A DNA stretch of 39,317 bases from the NCBI GenBank assembly GCA_009776435.1, contig WRNU01000002.1, forward strand, positions 1-39,317. Direction: 5' to 3'. The DNA comes from Betaproteobacteria bacterium. GTDB taxonomy: Bacteria > Pseudomonadota > Gammaproteobacteria > Burkholderiales > Rhodocyclaceae. The notes beneath the pieces are model-generated. The model was not told where the DNA came from, did no database searches, and saw only the letters and a list, made by a program, of their open reading frames with translations. The stretch's first letter is position 1, and each line of letters begins with the position of its first letter. The translations under genes were made by a program, and so were the position numbers. Positions 1 through 9,554 of this stretch are shown one piece after another.

Positions 1-97
1 ATGGGTGTTCATTCGGAAGGTTCCTTGTGGGAGCGTGAAGTCTGCAAACTCCAGTTTCCCACATCCTTCCGGGTGAACAACCTATTGAAACATTACA
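1..97 (-). mobile_element. Left end of an IS481-family insertion sequence; the transposase starts at 12 (MNTH...) and runs off the window
   Basis: The reverse complement reads TGTAATGTTTCAATAGGTTGTTCAC...GAAACTGGA...AAGGAACCTTCCGA-ATGAACACCCAT. It has the 5'-TGT terminus and closely resembles the Bordetella IS481 left end and its MNTH transposase start (recalled, not aligned). Confidence 0.8.
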
Positions 98-415
98 CCT
101 AACGGCGGGAGGCTCGACACTATTGTTAAGTATTTTTTAAGAGGAGAGCTTGGTACACCAATTTATAATTTCTCTTCGGTCTACGAAAAGTTGGGGCATT
201 TCTCACATATTCGAGAGTATTCCGTTCGTGAAATAAAAAAATATTTGAAACACTTTTCGTTTTCTGTGGACGAGATAATCCTAAACTCTTTTTATGCAAC
301 CAACGCCCCGAACCCTAACCGGATTAGTGCGGTAATGAAATTTATCAGAAAGACGTTTTGGTTTCTGCCTGCGTTTTGCACTAACATTTTTCTCGTCGCA
401 AGAAAGTCAAGTTAA
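98..415 (+). pseudogene. 3' remnant of a class I SAM-dependent methyltransferase gene interrupted by the IS
   Basis: The frame is open from the IS junction: PNGGRLDTIVKYFL...LGHFSHIREYSVREIKKYL. The (T)PN...H.REY...E pattern is typical of the C-terminal half of polysaccharide-cluster methyltransferases. Confidence 0.6.
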
Positions 416-446
416 TGAAAACTGAGCGGTTAATGAAAACTGAGCG
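411..446. repeat. Perfect 18-bp tandem duplication GTTAATGAAAACTGAGCG x2
   Basis: Read directly at 411-428 and 429-446. Confidence 0.95.
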
Positions 447-466
447 GCATCGTTAAAGTTTTATCC

Positions 467-1729
467 TTAAATGAACTTGGGGACAAAAAGCATTCCTCCT
501 GCGATGAGTGTGCCTATGCTGAATACCGGTGACGTACCTGGGCTTGTGTGTATTGTTCGGATCATGAAGAGTATGCCTAGTAGTAAACTTGCTGAAGTTA
601 GTGCTATTATCCAACCATATGCGTTCAAATTGTATGTGAGATAGCTTCCTAGTGTTAATGCAAGCATCCAGTGAATAGCAGTAGCTTTTGCTCGATATCC
701 TTGATGACCCGTAGCGGTTAAGATTACGCCCCATGAAGCGGTAAAGAAACGAATAAAAAAAAGTAATCCAAAAAATGGGAGCAATGTAGCCAACTGTTTA
801 TAGTTTTCTCCAAAGGCCAAATTGACAATCTGATCTGGGAAGTAAGCCAATACGAGACCAAAAATTACGCCATATAACAGGAAGGTGCCTTGTAGAATAA
901 ATACTATACGTGGATTTTTTTTCTCACAAAGCGTTTGTCTGGCAATTTCAGGTAAAAAAACATAGGCTAGAATTGGCGCAGCTTGAGCGCCTCCTTGGAA
1001 GATACGCATTCCAGATTGATAAATACCAACAGTGTTTATGCCGACATGCGCTCTGAGCATGATGCTGTCTATATTTCCGAATAAGCTACCCAAGATATGG
1101 TCGATTGCATAAGCTTTGGCGCGCATTGCGAATCTGAATGTGGCACGAACAGACTGTAAAGAAAATGCGCCGAAGATACGCCTGGATAATGGAAGGATCA
1201 AAGAAAGCTGTACGACTTTTCCCGCTAAATAGACTAAGGCAATAAGCTCTGTATTTTGATTTGTTAAGACTGCTGTGACGACAAGAGCGAGTTGTACGAC
1301 GGCTACACACATGGCAAATTGGGACTCGCGAGCATAGTATCCTACAGCACGGTATGCAATATAGAACGTTTCCGAGACAATTTCTACAAGATGCGCCAAC
1401 AAAAGTGTGAGAAGCAGTGCCGGGCGATCCACCGTGACTGAACCTCCCAGCGCACACAAAAGAATGCCTGCGGAGAGCATGAGACGCAGACTAAGAGATT
1501 CCCCTAAGGTACTTGCCACGCTTTCCGGATGTTGCGCGATTTCTTTGAGAAGCATGGTACTCAATCCGAAGTTCGCAAGCAGGGCGCAAAGAAAGGTGGC
1601 CCCATACCAGAACATGTAATGCCCAAATTCCTCAGGACCGAGGTGGCGAGCAATCAGTACGATCAGGATAAGACCCGTACCCAACCGTACAACACTGCTT
1701 AGCCCCATCCAGAAAATATTACGAAACAT
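467..1729 (-). CDS. wzx: Wzx oligosaccharide flippase
   Basis: Multi-pass membrane protein with IARHLGPEEFGHY, FGL and D..ML...VGIY motifs. ATG 1729 is the likely start because it avoids overlap with the exosortase gene. Confidence 0.85.
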   Translation of the reverse strand: MFRNIFWMGLSSVVRLGTGLILIVLIARHLGPEEFGHYMFWYGATFLCALLANFGLSTMLLKEIAQHPESVASTLGESLSLRLMLSAGILLCALGGSVTVDRPALLLTLLLAHLVEIVSETFYIAYRAVGYYARESQFAMCVAVVQLALVVTAVLTNQNTELIALVYLAGKVVQLSLILPLSRRIFGAFSLQSVRATFRFAMRAKAYAIDHILGSLFGNIDSIMLRAHVGINTVGIYQSGMRIFQGGAQAAPILAYVFLPEIARQTLCEKKNPRIVFILQGTFLLYGVIFGLVLAYFPDQIVNLAFGENYKQLATLLPFFGLLFFIRFFTASWGVILTATGHQGYRAKATAIHWMLALTLGSYLTYNLNAYGWIIALTSASLLLGILFMIRTIHTSPGTSPVFSIGTLIAGGMLFVPKFI

Positions 1730-1739
1730 GAGTCGGTGT

Positions 1740-2636
1740 TTACGAGGACATTTGTTCGGCGGGTTTTTCCCGGACAAAAAATGTGCGTGCTAGCGCGTCA
1801 GCGCCGATGATCAGTAAAAGGGCGCTCAAAAAAAGCACCATTCCCGCTAATCCGTGCAAAAAACTTTGTCCTGCCTCGTCGCCGAAGTGGTAAGTTATTA
1901 AAGTTAGCACCATGACGCGGATGACATTGGCAACAAAGGAGATAGGTACAATCAAAATCGCCAGAATGAGATTACGAGTGAATGATTCGTGTCGAACCAA
2001 ATTGAGATAAAGCAAGCCAAGCGATTCCAGCGTAAGCAGGGTATGTAATCCAGCACAGGCGTCTGCAACGAGTAGTTGATATTGCCCAATATGAAGAATG
2101 ACGCCATGACGGGCAATTGGATAACCAACCCCGTAAAGTATCAGCTCGGCTACGTAAGATACGGCAATCTTCATCGGCATCGTAACCGCAGTGACGAGGG
2201 TGCCTGGCAGCGGAATCAGGAACAGCATGAAAAACAGAGGAAACCAGACAACTTTGACTGAGCGTGGGCCAAGTAGGATCAGGCCGGCAGCAAGCATCAG
2301 CCAAAGGAGCGAACCCACTTCAAATAGAGTGATGTTCTGCGAGCGGCCCACGATATAAAGTAGCAAACCAATAATCAGGATAAGCCAGCCGACAATAGAG
2401 TTCCTCTCTTCGGTTCTCGCAGCGAGCATCTCTGGCCATTTGCGATAGAGTAGCCATAACGAGATGGCGAACACGATAGGGCCATGAACTTGATCCTCTG
2501 AAAGCCAGATACCCTGGAACAGATCAATAAAAGAGGGAACATACATGAAACTCAGCCCGGTCAGGACAATGAGCCAAGGAAAAAATTCATTGGTACGAGT
2601 TTGCATGTTGTTGCCGGTAGGGAGGGAAGCAGTCAT
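1740..2636 (-). CDS. xrtB: Exosortase (EpsH family, probably exosortase B)
   Basis: Multi-TM protein with HGP, the catalytic Cys in VADACAGL, Arg in NVIR and His in FLHG. An alternative start lies at 2606. Confidence 0.85.
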   Translation of the reverse strand: MTASLPTGNNMQTRTNEFFPWLIVLTGLSFMYVPSFIDLFQGIWLSEDQVHGPIVFAISLWLLYRKWPEMLAARTEERNSIVGWLILIIGLLLYIVGRSQNITLFEVGSLLWLMLAAGLILLGPRSVKVVWFPLFFMLFLIPLPGTLVTAVTMPMKIAVSYVAELILYGVGYPIARHGVILHIGQYQLLVADACAGLHTLLTLESLGLLYLNLVRHESFTRNLILAILIVPISFVANVIRVMVLTLITYHFGDEAGQSFLHGLAGMVLFLSALLLIIGADALARTFFVREKPAEQMSS

Positions 2637-2659
2637 TACAAAATCCTTGGCAAGTCATA

Positions 2660-3625
2660 TTACTTTAGACACTGTTTATCGTTATCATTATACCAATCCA
2701 GCAACGCTTCTTCGAAGGTATACTTGAAACGATAACCTGATGAAATGAGTTTTTTACCTGAAACATTTGAGGAAATCATCAGTTTTTTTATATTTTCTGG
2801 ATGAATTCCGATCTTTTTTCCGCCTAACGCGCCAATGATTGATGCTATAATGATAAGTAGTGAGGCATTTATTTTAATAGTTTTTCGCTTTAAGCCGGTT
2901 GTCTTTTTGATGGTTTCTACTATTTGTTCGATGCTATATGCAGGGTAATAAGTGCAATTAAATAATTCTGTCCCGGCTTTTTGATTGCGGATCATCATTA
3001 GTATGAAGTGTACGAGCTCTTTAACGTAAAAACAAGGCTTGATTGTGTCTTTTCGGCCAACATAGAAGAAGTTTCGTCTACGTATTCCCCAATATAAACG
3101 GGTAAAATTTCCGTTTTCACCTTTTCCAAATGCTACGCCCGGACGGACAATCAATAACTTTCGGGCATTGTCGTGCGCTTGCCATATTTTATGGTTTTTT
3201 TCTGCTAGCAACTTTGAAATTCCATACGGAGTATTTGGAGTTGGTAGGGTTGTTTCCTCTTTTAATTCTTCCGATGCACCATATGAGGCAACAGTGCTTG
3301 TAAACGCTATTGCTGAAATTTTTCGTTTTTCTGCGAATGCGCAAACATTTTTAGCTCCGCAAACATTTGTCTCAAAATACTCGTAATCACGATATCCGCT
3401 GGTGCGATGTATTGCGGCCAGATTAAAAATAATGTCATCAGACGAAACAGGCAGTTCTATTTCTATCGGGTTACGAACATCACAATGGCTAAATATTGAT
3501 CTGTTGTTATGATTGGACTCGACAATGTCAAGATTATAAATGGTAGCTGTGGTATCCTGCATTCTGATGCAGGATACGAGGTGCGAACCAATAAAACCTG
3601 AACCCCCAAAAATAAAGTAGTTCAT
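2660..3625 (-). CDS. NAD-dependent epimerase/dehydratase
   Basis: GGSGFIG Rossmann motif and YGISK (YxxxK). ATGA overlap with the upstream GT2 gene. Confidence 0.9.
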   Translation of the reverse strand: MNYFIFGGSGFIGSHLVSCIRMQDTTATIYNLDIVESNHNNRSIFSHCDVRNPIEIELPVSSDDIIFNLAAIHRTSGYRDYEYFETNVCGAKNVCAFAEKRKISAIAFTSTVASYGASEELKEETTLPTPNTPYGISKLLAEKNHKIWQAHDNARKLLIVRPGVAFGKGENGNFTRLYWGIRRRNFFYVGRKDTIKPCFYVKELVHFILMMIRNQKAGTELFNCTYYPAYSIEQIVETIKKTTGLKRKTIKINASLLIIIASIIGALGGKKIGIHPENIKKLMISSNVSGKKLISSGYRFKYTFEEALLDWYNDNDKQCLK

Positions 3626-4551
3626 TGCGTTTTGCTCCAATAAGGCTTGCATGTGCTGAAATGAACGGCCAGTTTTCGAGGAAGTTTTTTGTGATGCAGT
3701 CCTGTTTTATATCCCAATATTTTGAAAAAATTATTGACGAAAGAAATTAGAATCCAAAGAAAACTTCTTTGTTTCCATAAAAAAGAAAGTTCTGACAGGA
3801 TAAATTTAGCTCCTTCTCCTTTCAGCGTTCCAAACGTCTCACGTATCCATGATTCGTTTTTATGAAAAACTCCTATATCAAAATAACGCTTAAACTCCTG
3901 GATGGGCGAGTAGTTATGCGAATGCATGCATGTTGCGTTTTCAACATAGCACACCTTATATCCTGATAAAAGAGCCTTGGCAGTGAAATGCATATCTTCT
4001 GCAAAAATAGAGTTATCACAAAACCCACCAATCTCAATGAAATGCTTTGTCTTATATGCAGAAAATGAATTTGATAAAAAAGCCGTTTTAATGCCATATT
4101 TATTTTTATCTGATAATTCGTATGTGTACCCATTTTCGCCGTAATTAAACAGCCTGGCATGTTTGGCGACAGGAGTCGCATCATCGCGTGGAAGTTGTCT
4201 TCCGTAGGCCACTGCTACACTTTCATTGTCAAATGCCTTGGCAATTGTTGAAATGGCATTGTCTGAAGGTATTGCATCCTGAGTGAGAAAAACAACGATG
4301 TCGCAGTCAATTTCGAGAAGGCCAGAATTTCGAGTACTACCATGATTGAATTCGTGAGAAAATATTTCTTTGACAGTGAACCCCGCTTTTCGCGCTATTG
4401 TGACAGTGTTATCCGTGCTGCCCGAGTCGATCACTAATATTTTATCGAAATCTGAACGTTGCGCCTGCAGGGCTTCCACGACTCTTTCCCATACAGAACC
4501 CCCGTTATAGGTTGGGATGACTATGCCTATAGTAGTTTCATTGGTATTCAT
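3622..4551 (-). CDS. GT2 glycosyltransferase, probable rhamnosyltransferase
   Basis: IVIPTYN, IDSGSTD, FNHGSTRN, FLTQDA and AEDM motifs of RfbN-like rhamnosyltransferases; rml genes are nearby. Confidence 0.85.
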   Translation of the reverse strand: MNTNETTIGIVIPTYNGGSVWERVVEALQAQRSDFDKILVIDSGSTDNTVTIARKAGFTVKEIFSHEFNHGSTRNSGLLEIDCDIVVFLTQDAIPSDNAISTIAKAFDNESVAVAYGRQLPRDDATPVAKHARLFNYGENGYTYELSDKNKYGIKTAFLSNSFSAYKTKHFIEIGGFCDNSIFAEDMHFTAKALLSGYKVCYVENATCMHSHNYSPIQEFKRYFDIGVFHKNESWIRETFGTLKGEGAKFILSELSFLWKQRSFLWILISFVNNFFKILGYKTGLHHKKLPRKLAVHFSTCKPYWSKTQ

Positions 4552-4561
4552 GATTGATCTG

Positions 4562-5659
4562 TCAGCAGATTCCAGAATTTCGCCGGGAGTTTTCAAGACG
4601 CGGTTCAGTACTCAACAATGCGTACTCAAGGGCATTCACTGCATTGTTCCAAGTGAACTTCGACAATATTTTTTGTCCTTCAGTCAAGTGGCTTTTGACG
4701 ACGGAAGAGTCGGTAAGCGAATGGATAGCATCAGCCCAGCTCTGACGATTACCCAGTTTTATAAAGCAGGCTGCTTCATCTAACACTTCTCGAAGCGATG
4801 GAATGTCGGAGGCAATAACCGGCGTTCCACATGCGAGCGCTTCGAGCGGTGGAATGCCGAAACCCTCGATGAGCGATGGAAACAGTAGGGCGCTTGCCCC
4901 TTGATAGAGGCACAGCAACTCATCATGCCCAAGATACCCCTTGAACACGACGCGGTCAGTTAGCCCAAGATCAAGCACTTTTTGTTTCAACATTCGTTGG
5001 TATTTGCCTTGGCTGCAGGAGGCGACGATCAGACGGTAGTTCTTTTTCCAGTGCGGTGCCATATTGAGTACTTCAAGCACGTTTTTGTGCGGATGACGTC
5101 CTCCAACCATCAGTAAGTAGGGATCGCTGGTGGTACGCAAGGCGGGATTTGGGCTAAAATCCGTGGTGTCGACCCCATTGGGTACAACGAAGATCTGTTC
5201 CAAGGGGTAGCCATACGATTGGGAGATGTCTTGGCGCGTTGCTTCGGACACGGTAAAGACTGCGCGACATTTTTGCAGGAGCCGTGGGAGCAGGAAACGA
5301 AAATAGATGTAGACCTGCGGATTTTGTCTAGGAAGGTGGAGGTGGATGAGATCGTGTACGGTGATGATTTGTCCAGATTGGTTGGGCAACCCGTGGTGAG
5401 TTGGCGAATACACCAGACTACCTGAACCAAAACGTAAGGAACGCGCCCAAAGGTAGCGCTGCAACCCGGCAAACTTGCTTTTATAGAGGGCGACGGATTT
5501 GGGAGCTTTGACCAAAATATTACCATGAGGTATCAAGCCGGTTCCTGCAATGAAGTCGAGTTCAAATCTCTTCGCTAGACCTGAAACACAGTTTGCAGAA
5601 TACACTCCCAAGCCGGTAGGTTGAGAGCCTAGCATGGAAAGATTACAGATTAGTTTCAT
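4562..5659 (-). CDS. GT4 glycosyltransferase (WbdB/MtfB-like mannosyltransferase family)
   Basis: TVHD, VSE, PNGVD and EGFGIPPLEA (EX7E) motifs. Confidence 0.9.
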   Translation of the reverse strand: MKLICNLSMLGSQPTGLGVYSANCVSGLAKRFELDFIAGTGLIPHGNILVKAPKSVALYKSKFAGLQRYLWARSLRFGSGSLVYSPTHHGLPNQSGQIITVHDLIHLHLPRQNPQVYIYFRFLLPRLLQKCRAVFTVSEATRQDISQSYGYPLEQIFVVPNGVDTTDFSPNPALRTTSDPYLLMVGGRHPHKNVLEVLNMAPHWKKNYRLIVASCSQGKYQRMLKQKVLDLGLTDRVVFKGYLGHDELLCLYQGASALLFPSLIEGFGIPPLEALACGTPVIASDIPSLREVLDEAACFIKLGNRQSWADAIHSLTDSSVVKSHLTEGQKILSKFTWNNAVNALEYALLSTEPRLENSRRNSGIC

Positions 5660-5660
5660 G

Positions 5661-8471
5661 TTAGGGGCTCTTCTGGAGCACATCTATTGTTTCGACCGTG
5701 AAACCGTGTCGCTGGCCGATGTTTCCGTTGTGTCCTCCCCATCCGAGCATGATTTCCTTCACGCTGCCAAGGTTCGGTTGCGCATTCTTACTGCGCGCCC
5801 AAGGAGCAGGCTTGGCAAGGTTGAACATGCCAGAGTATATCTTGTTTTTGCCTTCATCATGCTTTTGTAGTCCGATCACCCATGTGCCTCCGCTCTTTTC
5901 AACCAGTTGAAGCATTAAAGGCGTTGGAGGCAACGGATGTTCAGGGGGGACAGTTATCCTTACACGCAAACCGATAGCCTCGGTGAATTCATTCTCCGAA
6001 ATGGCTATGCTCGGGAAAGCCCATGATTCACCTTGGCGGTTGATGCGACTCGTTATGCTGACCCTGCATGAGTTCGTCGTATCGCCCGTGGGTTGGATTG
6101 AAAGGGTGAGATTGGACGATTGGCGGGGAGTCCAACGCGGGCAATTCCCATTTGGCATCAGTGGGCGGGTTGTAGATGCGTTTGCGGTGGAGATGACATC
6201 TGGCACCAGTGCAATACGCACAACATCACGGGCATTGTCATTGCGAGCTTGAACTGTTACGTAACTTTCGCCCACGGTTCCCAGTTTGGCAAGAAAGCGA
6301 CAGACGGCCAGTTCACCATCCGGATTGGGGAGTTCAAACGAATGTCGTGGTGGGGAAAGAGTCGTAAATCCTGGGCCGGGGATGCAATCGATTGTTAACC
6401 CCGGGGCTTTAGCGCCTGTTGAGTAGACTCGTGTGCTGACTTCTACAGTTTCCCCGTCGGTAACGGATATTGCAACCTTGTCGCCGGAAAGATGTATCCG
6501 ATCTTTTCCATTGATTCGCAATCTGGCTTCCAATCGTAGAGGTACCGGTCCGCGTAGTGGCTGTTTCGGCAGGGTTAGCTGCCGGGCCTGAGCAGGCAAC
6601 TTATCTATTCGTGATAGCATAAGTGGCGACAAACTATTTGCTTCTTGTGAAGCAATATTCAGTTGTTGCCCGAAGATGTCGCGGATTTCCACTTCAGTAC
6701 CCAAACGATTGATTGCTGCTCCCCCCCCCCAAGTGACTGCAACCAGACTACCGTCTTCTCGGCGAAAATAAACGGTACGCCCCGTACCATGGCGTTCAGA
6801 GGCAACAATGGAAGCCCCTGCTAGATGTCGGGTGAGAAGAGCCAGGGCGAGATAAGCCGGACGCGGGGAAAGATCTTCACGTACGATGCCCCAAGTGTAT
6901 ATGTCGCCCTCGACCAGTTCAGGCCAAAAAAAGAAGAAAACCCGCTCATAACCTGTGGAAAAACCAATAGCGTATGATTTGACAAGGTATTCTGCCTGCT
7001 TGCGTTCAGCATCTCGCCAATCTCCGTGCTTATCCCTGTGCAGCGAATATCCCGTTTCGGTCAACCAACCAGGCTTCTTGTCAACTCCGCCTTCGCGTTC
7101 CAGCGCCGCCACGTGTTGGTCAAAAAAGCTGTCTAACTCGATATTCATGCCGTAGGTGAGAGAGTTTCCATAAAAATGCTGATTGCGGGTGTCGAAGAAG
7201 TCGGCGACGCCATTACGGTAGATTTCCTTAAAGAAGTGTCCGGGCCTGCCAGCAGCTGCTCCGATAAGAACACGGATGTTAGGGTCGACCGACTTGATTC
7301 CGGCAGAAAAAGCTTTTAATCCGCTGGCATACTGGAATGGGTATCCTGCAAAGAGGAAAGTATTTTGCTCATTCCAATATTCAACGCTACGAACTGTTTT
7401 GCCTAGTCCTTGCGCGTAAGCACGACCAAACTCAAAAGCCGCTGTATCGTTAAGAGGAGGTAAGAATTCTTTTTGCGGGAAACCTGCTGGACGTGTCCAG
7501 TCCGGAGCGTCGTTGAAGACCTGAACCGATTCCATTCCGGCTTGTGCGATGGTTTTGGCGACTTTCTCATAACGCCCCCAGTTTGTGCGTTGGTGCGCTG
7601 GCTGTACGTGACTCCATTTCAGACGATCCCTTACTGTGCCAACCCCCGCTTGGCGCATCATGGTTACTGAACGCTCAACTACGTTTGGGGGGGTACTTAG
7701 CCAACTCAGCGCACCATCCATACCGAATCTGGACTCATTGGGAGGTTCACCGTCCGGCAGAACGACAAATGCGCTCGTCCAAGTGCCGACATGATTTTGT
7801 TCCGAGATGAAAATAGCATGTATCTGATAATAGCCAACTGGCAGTTTTCCAAAATCAATTTCAGTCTGAGGTTCTGTTTTTTTGATAATGCGTTCTGTCA
7901 CTGTCTGTCCAGACGGGTCACGCAACATCACCCGATATTCTCCGCGCGCATCTTTTGGCACGGTTGAAAAACGCCAGTAAGCCCGTTTTACGCTAGAAAA
8001 CACTGTATTTTTTTCTGCTTCTCCTATGATTAGTACGCTTGGTGAGAGTGTAGGGGCAATGATATTCCACTTGCCTATAACATCATTGCGATTAGTCACG
8101 ATTTTTGCTACTACATTAACGCGAATGGCATCATGTGGGACAGGAAAAGATTCGTTGAGCGCGAAATCGCTGAAAACTCCGACCCAGGGGCCTCGACGGG
8201 CAGCCCATAACTGTTTTCCCTGTGAGTTAACAAAACGAACCTCAATGAAACCCTGCCCATAAACTAAAGACGACGTCAGTTTTCCGCCCAGATGAATTGC
8301 TGACTCGCCTTCAAGCAGGCAGGAATACGTGCCAGATTCCACGGTCTGTTTGGGTTGAGCCGATACAACAAGGTTGGCAGATGGTTTTTCACACTGCAAT
8401 GCCGGAGTCGACATCGAAATTAGCGACAAAACGGTGACACCCATCGCAGCAAAAAGTGAACGCACTTTCAT
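5661..8471 (-). CDS. Exported clan GH-A glycoside hydrolase (GH39/GH5-like) with accessory beta-sandwich or CBM-like domains
   Basis: Signal-peptide-like N-terminus, VEYWNEQN (acid/base Glu), WLTETG (nucleophile Glu) and WGIV...PRPAY. Confidence 0.7.
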   Translation of the reverse strand: MKVRSLFAAMGVTVLSLISMSTPALQCEKPSANLVVSAQPKQTVESGTYSCLLEGESAIHLGGKLTSSLVYGQGFIEVRFVNSQGKQLWAARRGPWVGVFSDFALNESFPVPHDAIRVNVVAKIVTNRNDVIGKWNIIAPTLSPSVLIIGEAEKNTVFSSVKRAYWRFSTVPKDARGEYRVMLRDPSGQTVTERIIKKTEPQTEIDFGKLPVGYYQIHAIFISEQNHVGTWTSAFVVLPDGEPPNESRFGMDGALSWLSTPPNVVERSVTMMRQAGVGTVRDRLKWSHVQPAHQRTNWGRYEKVAKTIAQAGMESVQVFNDAPDWTRPAGFPQKEFLPPLNDTAAFEFGRAYAQGLGKTVRSVEYWNEQNTFLFAGYPFQYASGLKAFSAGIKSVDPNIRVLIGAAAGRPGHFFKEIYRNGVADFFDTRNQHFYGNSLTYGMNIELDSFFDQHVAALEREGGVDKKPGWLTETGYSLHRDKHGDWRDAERKQAEYLVKSYAIGFSTGYERVFFFFWPELVEGDIYTWGIVREDLSPRPAYLALALLTRHLAGASIVASERHGTGRTVYFRREDGSLVAVTWGGGAAINRLGTEVEIRDIFGQQLNIASQEANSLSPLMLSRIDKLPAQARQLTLPKQPLRGPVPLRLEARLRINGKDRIHLSGDKVAISVTDGETVEVSTRVYSTGAKAPGLTIDCIPGPGFTTLSPPRHSFELPNPDGELAVCRFLAKLGTVGESYVTVQARNDNARDVVRIALVPDVISTANASTTRPLMPNGNCPRWTPRQSSNLTLSIQPTGDTTNSCRVSITSRINRQGESWAFPSIAISENEFTEAIGLRVRITVPPEHPLPPTPLMLQLVEKSGGTWVIGLQKHDEGKNKIYSGMFNLAKPAPWARSKNAQPNLGSVKEIMLGWGGHNGNIGQRHGFTVETIDVLQKSP

Positions 8472-9454
8472 TACCCCTCCGGCGGAGTCCGTCTAAGCCC
8501 GAATAGTACTGCAGCCATCATACGTGCGCGCGGCCAGTATCCCTGGAGGCAGCGCCGTAAAATTTGAAGTAATGAGAATAAATATACGCTCGGCAAAGCC
8601 CAGGAGAAGTAGCGTCGGGTAACGATCAAACGCCCGGAAATACCATAATACTCGGACAGCATACTGCGGCTCGCGCTTTTGCCAGAGCCTAGTGCTGATC
8701 CTTCCTTGTGATAAACCAGTGCCAGCGGGGCGTATCCAAGTCGAAAGCCCGCGCGACGTGCACGTTCGGCCCAGTCGATTTCCTCGTAATAGAGAAAATA
8801 ATCCTCACACATTGGGGCAACTTGCCGGAAGCACTCGCTTGTGACTAACATCGAAGCACCGTACACATAGCTCATACGAGCTTCGACCTCGCTAACATCC
8901 ACTTTAAACGGCCAGGTTTTACCTCGACCGATTTCTCGAATAATGCCTGTCCAAGGTTGATACGTGGCACCGCCGCAAACTTGTACGGTTTTCTTGTCGT
9001 GCGCGTATATGACGGTACACCCGCAGACTCCGATTGATGGATCCTGGCTTATACGCTCAATAATCCGGTACAAAGTATCAGGTTCAACTTCAGTATCGTT
9101 ATTGAGAAACCATACATAGTCTGCTTCTTTGCTGGGAAATGCGTGCCGACAAGCAAAATTGCATCCTCCCGCGAAACCTAAATTAGATGGACTCAACGCA
9201 AGTGTGACACGCGGCGGCACATTCAAATCATTTGCATTGAAATAGTCAAAAATATCCAATTCTGTATTTACTCGAATCCGCTCAATATATCGTTCCGCGA
9301 GAAATCTTCTCAGTTCAATATTTGAGTTGTCCGATGATCCGTTTTCACATATTATTGCATACCATTTTACGCCGACGGTCTGTTCAAGGCTATCAATGCA
9401 ACTACAGGTATCAATTGCTCGGTTCCAATTTACGAGGATAACATTGCAAAACAT
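8471..9454 (-). CDS. GT2 glycosyltransferase
   Basis: LVNWN, ENGSSD, NLGFAGGCN, LNND and YFLYYEEIDW motifs. Confidence 0.9.
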   Translation of the reverse strand: MFCNVILVNWNRAIDTCSCIDSLEQTVGVKWYAIICENGSSDNSNIELRRFLAERYIERIRVNTELDIFDYFNANDLNVPPRVTLALSPSNLGFAGGCNFACRHAFPSKEADYVWFLNNDTEVEPDTLYRIIERISQDPSIGVCGCTVIYAHDKKTVQVCGGATYQPWTGIIREIGRGKTWPFKVDVSEVEARMSYVYGASMLVTSECFRQVAPMCEDYFLYYEEIDWAERARRAGFRLGYAPLALVYHKEGSALGSGKSASRSMLSEYYGISGRLIVTRRYFSWALPSVYLFSLLQILRRCLQGYWPRARMMAAVLFGLRRTPPEG

Positions 9455-9554
9455 AAATTACTCCGTGTAGGTCTCAGTGCAAACCAAGAGCCGGGGACGC
9501 CCCAAAACCGTATCAAGAATCCCCTGTCTACACACTGCCTTATGCGTTGCCGAG

